Source of the DNA: Carcharhinus amblyrhynchos
Taxonomy: Eukaryota
Reading direction: 5' to 3'
Assembly: GCA_965287045.1 (NCBI GenBank)
Contig: OZ336881.1
Span: forward strand, 54,374,001 to 54,438,000
Length of the DNA: 64,000 nucleotides
The stretch's first letter is position 1. Each line of letters begins with the position of its first letter. The notes beneath the pieces are model-generated. The model was not told where the DNA came from, made no database searches, and worked only from the letters and a program-made list of their open reading frames with translations. Below, one piece after another: positions 24,975 to 37,060 of this stretch. The position numbers and the translations under genes are program-made.

Positions 24975-25730
24975 ATCTTAAAATGTCCTGATATCACAAA
25001 AGGTTTGACAGGCTATGAGAAAACTATCAAAACCTTGCAAAGATACTGAATGTACAACTGGCAGGTGTAATTTAATACAGATGAATGTGAGGTAACAGAC
25101 TTTGGAAGAAAAGACAAGAAAGATCACTAACCAAAATGTTTTTAAGGATGTGGATACACAGAGAAATATACACATTTAAAAGCACTCTTGTAAGTACTAA
25201 GGTAAGCAAATAAAGTTGTTTCAAAAACTGATAGTATTTGGGGTTTTATCAGTAGGGTATTAAAGGCACAAGAGTAATGCTTATTTTATACAAACCATTG
25301 ATTAGACCACTACATAGTAGCACTATGTAAAGTTTTGGACACCTCCTAACAGTAAGACCATTAAAACAATAGCATATGTACAGTGTGCATTCTCAAGGAT
25401 AGTAGGAGGGATGAGAAACCATTGTTATGAGATGAAATTTGAGATATTGGGATTATTTTCACTTTTTAAAAGATTCCTTTGTGGGACATGGGCATCACTA
25501 GTTGGCAAGCATTTATTGCCCATCCCTAATTGCCCTTGGAGGGCAGTTCAGAGTCAACCACATTGCCATGGCACTGGAGTCACATATAGACCAGACCCGG
25601 TAGGGAAGCAGATTTCCTTCCTTAAAAGACATTAGTGAGCCAGATGAGTTTTTCCGACAATCAACAATGGTTTCATTGTTTCACTGCAGTCGAGAAGGCT
25701 GGGAGAAGATTAAATAGAGATTTCTTTTTA
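24975..25730 (+). mobile_element. CR1 ORF2 3' remnant, split by SINE B
   Basis: tggcaggtgtaatttaatacagatgaatgtgagg (WQxxFNxDxCE), ttatacaaaccattgattagaccac (LYKxLIRP), ttttggacacct. Confidence 0.75.
25462..25680 (-). mobile_element. SINE family B 3' part
   Basis: gcatttattgcccatccctaattgcccttgg...cagatttccttccttaaaagacattagtgagccagatg. Confidence 0.85.
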
Positions 25731-25739
25731 AAGTAAAGA

Positions 25740-26920
25740 GCCAAATTCCTGGCAGAACTTGTGCAGAGGTTTGGGCTGATGCAGGTGGTAAAGCGCCTGG
25801 CATTCCTCAGCGCGATTTTAATTCTTGGGCCTCAGCTTTGTGGTATTCGGAGTAGCAGGAAGCTGTCGTAAGAGACCCAAAGAAATGACCCCTGATAATC
25901 AGATAAGTGGTTCAATGGGATTTGGGTGGGAATTGCGGTCAGTGGAAGTGGAAGAAAGCCCAGGGCATGGAAAACCCAAGATTTCCTTGTGGGGCCCATG
26001 AGATATTGAAAAATGAAGTTAACTTGCCATCCTGTGACTTTTTCTCTGGCCCTAGCTCCTCTTCTTCTCTTGGCAGAGAAACTATGATATCTTAGTCACA
26101 CAAGTCTCAGGTTAAAGTTGCAGCCAATGACATGACAAGACCCTAATCTGCATGTTTAAGGGATAACCATGCTGGCATTTGCCTGTACAAAACCAGTCAA
26201 AAAAAGATCAGTGGGATCAATTTCTGTGGAATGGGCAAAGTTAAAATCAGGTCTTATTGTCTTGATAGAGAGAATAATAAAAAAAAAAATTCTTCGAACT
26301 GGCAAGTGAGTGACGTGGGATCATCAATCTACATTGACTGGATTTTGCAATCAGCAAGGTATCAAGGGTAGATGTTCACCACTCACCTTAAAGAACATGT
26401 CCAATTCTTGTGACATGCAATTTTTGTAATGCAGATTCCCAGCCTCGAGGTGCAGCAATGTCATCAATGTGGGGGGTGGTGTTGGAGGGTGGGGAAGGAC
26501 GAGGAGGTGGGGTGGGGTGGGGTGCTGCTCCCTTTGCTGCAGGTCAAATCACAAGACCCTCAGGCCATCAGTCCCACCAGTAGAGGTGAGCGCAAGGGTA
26601 TCATAACCTGAAGGCATCCTCAATTGCCTGCAGAGGGAACAGAAGCTACTGGGGCCATTCACAAACAGAAGTGCAAACTTCCATCCCCACCACCTCCATG
26701 CCTGGCGGGAGGCTCAATCAAAAACCTCTCTGGGACAAAATTGCCCCAAAGTGGGGTTCATTGCATTAATTAGCTGTCAGCCTCCATGAAACAGACAGGT
26801 AATCCAATTCCCACTTCATCCCAGGAAAAACACCCCAGAGATTGGAATGTGTGAGCCATTGTAACATAGCTACCCCCCCCCCACCCTATTCTCCTGGTTT
26901 CTCTGGAGAAATTCTATGCC
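25740..26920. mobile_element. Degenerate DNA-transposon (Harbinger-like MITE) fragments
   Basis: GC-richer blocks with gattttaa / atttccttgtggggccc / ggagaaattctatgccc end-like motifs; recalled similarity only. Confidence 0.3.
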
Positions 26921-26975
26921 CATGATCATCAGTAAGGCTAAGAGATCCCTTAGGCCATCCAGTACCCCAGTATTA

Positions 26976-27378
26976 GGGATGGCACGGTGGCACAGTGGTT
27001 ACCACAGCTACCTCAACAACAGGGCCCCTGGTTCGATTCCCAGCTTGGGTCTCTGTCTGTGGGGAGTCTGCTAAAGAAAACTTGAAGGTCACGAACACCA
27101 CGTGATCCAGTTTGTGACATCATTGATATTACTTCCAGGTTACAAAAATAACTAACCTACTGCACCTCAGATCACATGCGTGGTATAATTTTCCTCGAGA
27201 CTGCGTGGGTTTCCTCCAGTTGCTCTGATTTCCTCCCACAGTCTGAAAGACATGCTGGTCAGGTGTGTTGGCCATGCTAAGTTCTTCGTCAGTATTCCCA
27301 GAGTGTGGGGACTTTCACAATAATTTCACTGTAGTGTTGATGTAAACCTAGTCGTGACAAAGAAATAAACTTTAACTT
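26976..27378 (+). mobile_element. HE1-like V-SINE (alternative tail) carrying a 123-bp insert of local unique DNA
   Basis: Head to ggagtctgc (27071), insert 27072-27194, filler tcgaga, SINE resumes ctgcgtgggtttcctcc. Confidence 0.92.
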
Positions 27379-28244
27379 CATATCATCCATGCCAACTTCT
27401 ATTTCCCAGAAGCAATTGATTATAAGTGGGTGGCACTGTTGCCTTCAGAAGCCATTAGCAAGCGTTCTTTAGCTCACTCGGAACTACCGTGCAACCAATG
27501 ATAAAGGTAAATGTCTGCTGCCACTGGACATCCAATGGCCACCATTAATGCCGGCTACTGCAAGGCTGAGCATTCAGAGATCTCAAACAAGTGAACAATA
27601 GGAGTTACTGCCATTTGCCGATCTGTTAAAACCCGCGGAAAGTCTGGGACTCAGAAAATGTCTCAATTGTCACCGATGTCCCATAACATTAGAACAGTCC
27701 TCAGTTCAAACACATTCTGCGTTGCTTCCAGTAATGCAGTTCACACTAGGTTATGATTGTGTGATTAAGTGGAGGAAAAATGTACTAAAAATGTGTATGA
27801 AGTTTTCAACAGGAAAAGTAGTGTTTCTGAATGAGAAAGCTAAGGTATAAGGTTGAACTTGTGAGCCACAGACTTCATGTATCCAAATGCAATACTCCAT
27901 TGCTTTGAACTCAGCATGTCTATTTGTAGCACATGTTCTTGTAGTAAAATGACCTAATAACATTTTACAATTAATACTTTGAGCCTGTAGTGTGTACAGC
28001 AGAGAACTCTGCCACACGCGAGGAGTAATGTTTAACAGAAATGCATGGAGTCATTGACACGTTCCATTGAATGTAATGTGTTCCTAAAAGGCTGGTAATA
28101 CATAATGCATTCTTGGGGGATTTTTGGGAGGGCTTGCTTAATGAGTCATGAATTTTGAATATATATGTATGTATGTATCTGTCTAGTTTGCCTTGTTTTA
28201 TGTATGAAAATAAATTAATCTGATCACTTTAACAAATGGAATGT

Positions 28245-28367
28245 TAAAGAAAACCTGAAGGTCACGAACACCACGTGATACAGTTTGTGACATCATTGAT
28301 ATTACTTCCAGGTTACAAAAATAACTAACCTACTGCACCTCAGATCACATGCATGGTATAATTTTCC
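28245..28367 (+). repeat. Donor copy of the 123-bp direct repeat (partner 27072-27194)
   Basis: 120/123 identical by manual alignment. Confidence 0.97.
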
Positions 28368-29509
28368 CTTTGCTGTTCCTGAGGAAATGCACAACTCTTT
28401 GCCCCTGTCCCCCGCAGAAGGAATAAAATACTTAAACTAAACTTAAGCGAACATCAGAAACAAGCATGAACATAAAAATTAATTTAAAGCTAAGGAGATT
28501 ATTTTGTAAGTGACTTTTAAAAAGGATTCTGGGATGAAGAACTCTGTTCTTTAACCATTTCACTTACACACACACACACACGCAGGTTTACTGGATACAG
28601 GAGGTACTATGCTCCATTCTGGCAAATGCAGAGCCTCGATGTAAAGGAAATGTTTGGATCTACAATGAAAATGAGTGTCACAGATTTCAAATCTAGTTAG
28701 ATCATATATTCAGCTATTTTCCCTGTTCAGGCAAAAGCACATTAAAATAGGTTACATTCTGAAACTCCCTTAACATGAATGAGACTGTAGAAGTCCATGG
28801 ATATGGAACTACATCTGAGTTAGCTTTTGTAAGTTTAATTTATTTGGAGTGAACATCGAAGTTATTCTCTTGAAGTATTTATTCAGCATTTTATTGAAAG
28901 CTGCACAGCTAGGCTTTTTTTAATTATTTGGTAATTGTTGAAAAATGAAAAACTGACCAAACTTCCAAAACTGGCCCACAGGAAAGCTTGTTTCAAATGA
29001 TCGTTATGAAATGATCTTAGATTCCTTTTCTTTCTTTTATAAAAATCAGCAACTATCCAAATCATGTTCTTTTTCCCCCTCATTTCATTCTTGCGCTGTA
29101 AACACAAAACGTTCCACTGTTCATAGCATCCTTTGGGATAAGATGCAGCTGTTTCTAAATCCTCCACCTCATGACCTCCACCTGCAGTTCTGGGTCACTG
29201 GCAGATGATGTTCGTTCTTGCAAGCTATTCTTAATTTCTGCCTGCTCTGTATAATTTCTCTTAAGAATCCAAGTTATTTTGGCTCACCTTAGGTAGTAGC
29301 GTGTACTAACCCAAATTAGACATGGTTCAGCCTTTATGTTCAATTTAATCATTAGGTGATGCAGGAATTTAATTGTTCTCTTTTTTTTAAAGAAGGAAAG
29401 CAACATTAATACATCGGTTGAAAAAGAAAGGGATGTGTGTTATTTTCTATGGACTTGCAATGTTAGGCCAAACTCTCTAACCAAATGGAATTAATTAGTG
29501 TTAATTAGA

Positions 29510-29740
29510 CTTCAATGGACAGCACAGTGGGTGAGAACATTTTCTTTTCAATCCATGGATTTGGGCTTAAATCTCACCAAAATGATAAGGTGCCTTCTCT
29601 CTTGCAGCTTTCCAGAGTCTAATTAAAATGAATTGGTTCATTCTCAGCCCAGTTTCAAGTGGGTACAAATCCATAAGTCCATAACTACTAATAACCCAAT
29701 GCAGATTGTCACTTTATTAATCATTTTCTAGCAATCTGCT
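29510..29740 (+). mobile_element. LF-SINE-like ancient SINE (5' half)
   Basis: cttttcaatccatggatttgggcttaaatc, aaatgaattggttcattctcagcccagtttcaagtgggtaca and attgtcactttatt...tagcaatct are colinear with the LF-SINE consensus as recalled. Confidence 0.55.
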
Positions 29741-30365
29741 TTGGTGTAATCTGCTGGATCCTTTTAGAACGCCAAGGATAGCACCGTATCCACCTTTCAT
29801 AGGCGTTGCTAAGTTCCACAAGTGCATTCAAACATCATGGAAGGGTATTAGAATCTTGATTTAAAATTGAATTCACCCCTCCCCACTCCTGCTGTCCTTT
29901 ATCTCATTCTAAAAATAACACTGTTAACTTTTATTTCTGATCTCCTGTCTTATTCCTCAGTTCTCTCTCAGAACGATGGCATTTTTGTTTGTCCAGGGTT
30001 TTCCGTCTCTGCTCTAACCAGCTCCCTGAGTTTCTCCTCTTCGTTTTTATGATTAGGAAAATCTTGGGCTGATAGGGAAAAGGCACAAAATCCCAAGCTT
30101 TATCTCTGCTTCCTTCCACAAGCTTAGCATCTAATTATAACTTCCTGATTTATCGCATCTATGTTATTCTGTTCAACCTTGGTGGTGTACTGCCATATGG
30201 GCTTTTATCCTTCACCTTGATTTCTCAATAAAAAGAACTCTCATAAACAGAAGCCACAAAGATGGTTGCTGTGGGAAATGGGAGTATCCCATTAGTAGAG
30301 GAGGGGGCCATCTTCTGATGTTAAAGTACATTAGATTAGATTTCAGAGCTGTTAGAAAATAGAGA

Positions 30366-31060
30366 TGGGTGTAATTTTCAACTTCACCCGGTGAAGCTTC
30401 TCACCCGATGAGGATCAAAATGTTCAGAGGCCATTGGGTCACCAGTCAAGTAGGTCGCAAAGGGAAATGGCCTGAGTTTAATGCTCTCTGACCCGGGAGG
30501 GAGGGTGGGTCGGTGGTGGGGGGTGGGGGGCACGGATTCAGTTGGGCGCAAAGCATAAAATTTAAGTACTGGGATTCTCACCAGGTTTCTGCCTGCCCCA
30601 GCCTCACAGCAATTTTGTAATGGGAAGTCTGCCCTTGCCCCAGTTGAGTGGCACTTAAGGGCCACTTCCTGTCCAGCCTCAATTTTTAGGCTGGCGGGAG
30701 GACTGACCTTGTGGCGGGGGCGGTGGGGGGGAGGTGTGGAGGCTGGAAATTAACAGAGTTGTACCTTGAGCTGGAGGGGGCACTCCATCAGAAGCCCCCT
30801 TCTGAAGTTGGGCACCACCCTCTTAACATCCAATGGCTCCAGACCACTCTCTTCCCCCAAGACCCCAATTGTCCGTTCATGCCTGCCCCTCCTCCACCAC
30901 TCAATCTTCCCCCAGGCCTTCCTTACCCTCCCTCGCACGGGACCCTTTGAACTTGCCAAGGGCCTAGGCTTAGGCTGAGGCATCCTCCTGCATTTACGTG
31001 AGGTGATACACTTTGGAAGGAATAACTTGACAAGGAATGGCACGACATCAGGAAGTTCTG
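30366..31060. mobile_element. Probable Harbinger-type non-autonomous element
   Basis: gggtgtaattttc start, GC-rich body with gagtggcacttaagggcc; recalled shark repeat. Confidence 0.4.
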
Positions 31061-34000
31061 TGGAGCAGAGGGACCTTTTCCATAGATCTCTAAAGAAACT
31101 TTGAAGTTTTATCTTTCGGTGTCTTGAGGCTTGGAAATAAAATGGATTAAGTAGCTTGTAACCCTGAGGAACATTTGAGCAGGTCATTATGCCCTGATGT
31201 TCTGGAACTCTCCGCACCAAACATCAATGTATCTTAACTTGCCAGTTCTTCGTAGGGGGAAAATTAATTGGAAATTAAGTGGAAACAAATCTTATGTCAA
31301 TTTACCATATTACCAATACCACCATCTGCCCTGGTTTGGGGGAAATGTGAAAGGGCCTTTGCTCTGTATCTAATTGAAGTTTTACCCTAATTGAGGTGAA
31401 TGTGGGGCTGACATTGGATGTTCAAAGTCGGATATCAAGCAGTCCCTAAATCTCTGACCTCTCAGTGATAAATATAGTGTTTAAACTCCCTTCCACACCC
31501 ACTGAATTAATGCAAGCTATGTAGCTTCCATGGCCCAGCGGGAGGTCACTGGAAAAGAGCAGCAAGTTGTCGAAGTGACGGAGGCAATTTTGTCAACTTT
31601 CCTTCTCTCACTGAGGCCCCTGGACAGGCCTCCGGTTCTGTATGGAGGTCAAAAGTAAGGTCTCCACATTAAGTAAAGTTTTAAAAATTATATCATAACA
31701 ATAATGACTTGCGACATTTCCTTACAGCAGTGGGAAATGTTGGCTGTGAGCCCCATAGCCCCGAGTGTTAAGAATTACACTGTGGAAAAATAATAAAACA
31801 TCCACAGGCTGTACGTGTGAACGAAATGCATTCCACGAAAAAGCTTTGTGGAACCACACATCTTGTGTGAAAATATAGCCTTGAGTCCTTAGCCCTTATT
31901 CATAGTGAGAAGCTAGAAATTTACTTCCTTTGTAGAATTAATTAATGACTGCAGGTACAAAATAACCATCCATCCCAGTTGGGGTCTCAGAGTCTCTGAC
32001 TGGATGATTTTCGATGATTCCCAGGGTTCTTGATTGTTGATTTTAAAGAGCCGATCGCCGCACGTAGGTTTTATGTATGAGGGTTAAACTAGTTGAATTA
32101 ATACAGAGCATAAAAGGCATTGTAAATCAAATAATCATGAATTACTAAAAACTGCAAGGGGCCATCCATAATTTTCATCCTTTCATAAGAGTAAAATCAT
32201 TGCTTATCTCCATATTACACAAACATGCCAAGAAATGATAAATTGATCATGTTATATAGATAGAGAATTAACTCTTTCCCATCCCAATGAATTTTTGTGA
32301 CAATGGCTATAACTATACAGACAATCCCTTACCTATTTCGTAAGACTATTTAATTACTGAAGTAATAAACATGTTCCACTGTTTCCAAGATATATACACA
32401 TATTGAGTTTCCCGTCGGAGCTTGTGAGAATTATTCTCTTCTATCTAATGTTCCTAAATGGTATTTTCACATTCTTGTGTTGCTTTGGCCTTGCAACGAA
32501 CAATAGATATTTCACAAGTTAAAAAAAATTATAAATTCGTTCCCCACAAAATGCAAGTGCCCTTAAACTGAGCCCCCGACTCTAACTTTTGCATCTACAT
32601 TTAAAAATCCCACTCAGTAATATTAACAAAACTACCGATTAAACAAGCACATTATAGCAAAGTGATTGTAATGTAGGAACCGAAACACAGACCATTGTGT
32701 GACAGACTTAAATGACAATGAGAGGTTTACAGGAATATTTTAGAAACATTTTGTCTAAAGGCAACGACAGCTTGATTATTCATGTTGCTACATTAGTCTG
32801 AAGATGACACTTGCACCAACATTCGCTTGTGATCAAAATTGTTAGCTACACAGTGTCATACATTTAATTACCTGCGATGAATGATGCTCTTTATTTTATT
32901 TTGTGATTATTTTTCTGTGTACAAGAAAGGTCACTACCCTGTTTAAAGAAAAAAATCCTTTGTCAGATTTCCACAGCCCTCACGATATCTAAAGTGGAAC
33001 ATGGAAAGGATTAGAAGGGAATGCATTTCGATACAAATTTTAGACAATAGTGGCCGTCATTTCAGACCTGGCTTCCTGTTCCCTGCACTAGTTATGGAAC
33101 TGCACATTTAAAAGGAATTAAATCCCATTTAAAAAGCATGACAGCAAATTAGAAAATGTTAGGCAGCATTTAGAAATAGAAAGAACATTTTGCATTACAT
33201 TAGCTCATCAAACCCCCACATAATTAGGAATCCATTTTATGTGGCATTAAATTTTCCAGTTCTTTCAAGAGTGGTGCAAATATTATAAATCTGAAAATGA
33301 CAATATATGTGTATGTTTGAGTATTGTGTGATTGCCGAGTGACTCTGTGGGAGATGACAGCTTTGTAATTTGCATATTGTTAGTGGAGGTTGTGATATGT
33401 TTGTGTGTGTGTGTGTATGGTGGGGGAGTGCTATTATTGAGAAGCAAAGACTGTTAACAGTAAAGTGCAGCATCTGCTGGACTGATATGAAAATAGCAGC
33501 AAGCGCACTGTGGAGTAGGAGCCTCAAGGCATCTGCAAAGAAGTTTGGAAATGCTGCAGTCAGTTCCGAATGCTGGACCTAATTTTTTATGTCTGCTTTT
33601 GTATATGTTTGATCGAGTTCTGTTCAGCAAAATAAAAATAACTAATCTTTAGCCAAGTAGATTTATTTCAATTATGCTTTTTTCTCTCTCTCATAAAACT
33701 GTATGATATGGTGAAAAGTTATTAAATGCACATAAGCAGCAAAAGGAAATAGCTATATCGTCTTCCCGATGGAAGCAGTTCCCAAAGCATTTGACTTGTC
33801 CTGTATTCAAGATGCTTGGATGAGAGAGTCATGGTTGAGCCCAGAAGCTGGTAGGTGTTGTGTCATCTTTCAACAGCCCATAGAATGCATTGCTGTTCCC
33901 AGCAAACTGAAACAATGACTTAGATTTTCTAAATGAAAATGGAAGTTAAAATTCCAACCTCTATACCCGTTCCAATTCCAATGCCTTTGACTTTTCTTAG

Positions 34001-34389
34001 TCAAGTGTATGGAGATTCAAAGCATGAAATGGGACATTTAGGACAAACCACCAGTACAAGAAGCGATCAATCTTTTGTGTTAAAGTCCTTCAATCTTCCT
34101 TCATTCTTAGCTTTGATGTGAACCTCACACTCATTGCCTTCTGCGCACCCCCTTAACCCCCTTAACATCTCTCAATTTTCCGTTACCCGAGATCTCAGTC
34201 AATGACTGGTAACTTCTGATCAATTCCCCCTCACAGCTCTCCCACCCAAAAATACTCAAATGAACTAATTCCCAACTCCTTCACCTTTGATGCTCCATCA
34301 CAACGCTTCTGTAGCTTTCACATTTCTTCATTTCAATCTCTAGCCCCCAGCAACTTAATCTCTATAATCCCGTCCCTGAAATGAACAAG

Positions 34390-35125
34390 AATGAAAGAAA
34401 ATATAACCATTCTGAAGCGGGTATAGGAGATGAGGGATCAGGGAATGCATTTGTCTCAATTGTTGAAGGCGACAGTGAAGGTTCAGAAGGTGATTAGAAA
34501 GGCACATCAGACCCTGGATTTTATCAATTGAGGCACTGAGCTCAAAATTAAGGAAGTTTTGATGAAACTTTATAAAACACTTGTTGGGCCTCAGCTTGAG
34601 CATTGTTCCTAACATTAGGCACCACATCATAGGAAGGCATTGGAGAGGGTTCAGGAAAGATTCCTGCGAATGATTCCAGGGATGAGGGACTTCAGGTATG
34701 TGGGTAGGTTGCAGAGGCTGGTGTTGTTGTTCTTGAAGAGAAAGAAGCTGAGAGGAAATTAGATAGCAGCGTTTAAAATCATGAAGGGTCTGGACAGAGC
34801 AGACACAGAGGAACTGTTCCCCTTGGCAGAAAGGTTGAGAACCACAGGACACCGATGTAAGGTGAAAAGCAAAGGAAGCAAAGGCAACATTGGAAAAGTG
34901 ATTTTTAAACAGTGAGCAGTTAGGGACTGGAATGTACCACTTGAGGGCAAGGTGCAGGCAATTTCAATCGTGGCTTTCAAAAAATAATTGAATAATTATC
35001 TGAAGAGAGATGTTTTGCAGGGCTACTGGGAAAGATCTTGGGAGTGGGGCCAGCTGAGTTACTCTTACAAAGAGATAACATGGGCAGTAAGGAATAAATA
35101 GTGCTATACCCTGTCTATGATTCTA
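34390..35125 (+). mobile_element. CR1/HER1 LINE 3' end
   Basis: MKLYKTLVGPQLEHC, ALERVQERFLRMIPGMR, FKIMKGLDR, RTTGH, WNVPL, then terminus ctatgattctat. Confidence 0.9.
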
Positions 35126-35553
35126 TCTGCTCCCATTTCCAGCTGAATAAGAAAGGGCAGAGATCAATGTAACCACACCCTGCCCAAATCTCTGCTCTGT
35201 CCACCCAGATAACAATGTACCTCCAAAGTTAAGAAATATTTCCCTTCTTGTCTTTGGCATGAAATTCTCAAATTGACATCATGTTAATATTCTGAAATTT
35301 AGAAAAGTAAGTTTACTGAAATATATTATCATAAAGCTGACCATAATTCTTTTCCATGATGATCTCATGCTTGTAGAGGAAAAAGTTATAATTACTTTCA
35401 AACCTACCCAAGCCAATACTGAAGCACTTCATTGCTGAATCAACTATTATTCTTCACGCTCCTCCATTGCAATCTCATCTAATCTTTCTCCATCACAATT
35501 CATCCTTAGTTTCTTTAGCCATCTTCCTATATTGCATAGCTATTCAGACACTT

Positions 35554-35854
35554 GCAGCACAGTGGTTAGCACTGCTGCCTCACTGTGCCAGGGACCCAGG
35601 TTCGATTCCCAGCTTGGATGACTGTCGTGTGGAGTTTGCAGGTTTGCCCTGTGTTGGCATGGGTTTCCTCTGGGTACTCTGGTTCCCTCCCATAGTCCGA
35701 AAAACGTGCTGGTTAGGTGCATTGGCCATGCTAAATTCTCCCTCAGTGTACCCAAACAGATGCCGGAGTGTGGCAACTCATGGATTTTCACAGTAATTTC
35801 ATTGCAGTGTTCATGTAACTCTACTTTTGACATTAATAAATAAACTTTAAACTT
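35554..35854 (+). mobile_element. HE1-like V-SINE, alternative tail
   Basis: gcacagtggttagcactgctgcctcac...ggttcgattccc...taataaataaactttaaact. Confidence 0.92.
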
Positions 35855-36555
35855 GAATCAGATAAAATCTCTACTCCATAAATTTCACCTGGTTTCACAC
35901 AATAATTTCCCCATTTCTTCTCTATCTTTGAAGATGGTCAAACATTGACTTGTTTTTATCACATTAAATTGTTCCTGAACGCAGAAATATGGTAACTACT
36001 GAAATCAGAGCAAATGGATTTCCTCACAAGAGGAAGAACCCTGATCCTCATGCATGGTCATTCTATATAAACATTATTTAGGAATGCATTAATAATGTCA
36101 CTACACGCTGCAATCATACAATTCTTGCTTCTCAATGTCATATTTCTCATTTTACAAGGTTACTAAATTTGATATATAATTGTTCTGAATTGTTATGAAC
36201 GAAAAAAAAGCCAGCAAACAACTGATTGCTCCTGGACTTGGTTCTGTCCAGTTTTATTAAGATCAACAAACTAGATAGGACTAACCTACTTCACAAGAAG
36301 ACGTGAAAATAGAAATCAGACAAAACCATTTGGCCCATTAAGCCCACAGACGGTTTACAATTAGCACAAACACGAATTTTCTTCATCGTCATTATGCAGT
36401 ATAGAACTTAAGTATTGGTGAGAAAAAAGAAGCCATTTTTGGAGCTTTTTGCCTTGTACTCATTAGGGTATTTGTGACAATATTAATATAAGGGAAATTA
36501 ACAAAAGTGTGCTGTCTGAGAAGAAAATGCTGATTTGTTGCCAAGTGGACTCTTT

Positions 36556-36815
36556 GGACAGCACGGTGGCACAAAGGTTAGCACTGCTGCCACACAGCAG
36601 CAGGGACTCGGGTTTGATTCTCAGCTTGGGTCACTGTCTGTGCGGAGTCTGCACATTCTCTCCATGTTTGCATGCGTTTCCTCCAGGTGCTCCAGTTTCC
36701 TCCCACCATCCAAAAGACATACCGGTTAGGTGGATTGGCCATGTTAAAATTTGATTAGGAGATTTTTACGGTAACTTCTTCAAGTGTTAATGTAAGCCTA
36801 CTTGTGACAATAAAG
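36556..36815 (+). mobile_element. HE1-like V-SINE, alternative tail
   Basis: gcacggtggcacaaaggttagcactgctgcc...gcctacttgtgacaataaag. Confidence 0.9.
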
Positions 36816-36819
36816 TAAT

Positions 36820-37060
36820 AAATTGATTGGTAGATGTGTTGCCATGGAGAGTGCACTTCTTAATGGTGACTGACAGTTTACTGTGCATTCACCATGGCAA
36901 CACATTGACCAATCCGAGTCCACTTGCCAACCAATCAGCACTTGCTTCTCATACCGATTACATTTGTTGATTTCCCTCACATGGTTGCAATTGTTCTGAT
37001 GAGTACAAGACAAAAAACTTTGACAAAAAAAATCCTTTTATTTTCAGCTGTACTCAATTT
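36820..37060. mobile_element. Probable Penelope-like inverted terminal remnant (31-bp hairpin arms, decayed hammerhead)
   Basis: 36826-36856 pairs with 36883-36913 at 27/31; CTGATGA-gtacaagac-AAAA at 36996-37015. Confidence 0.55.
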
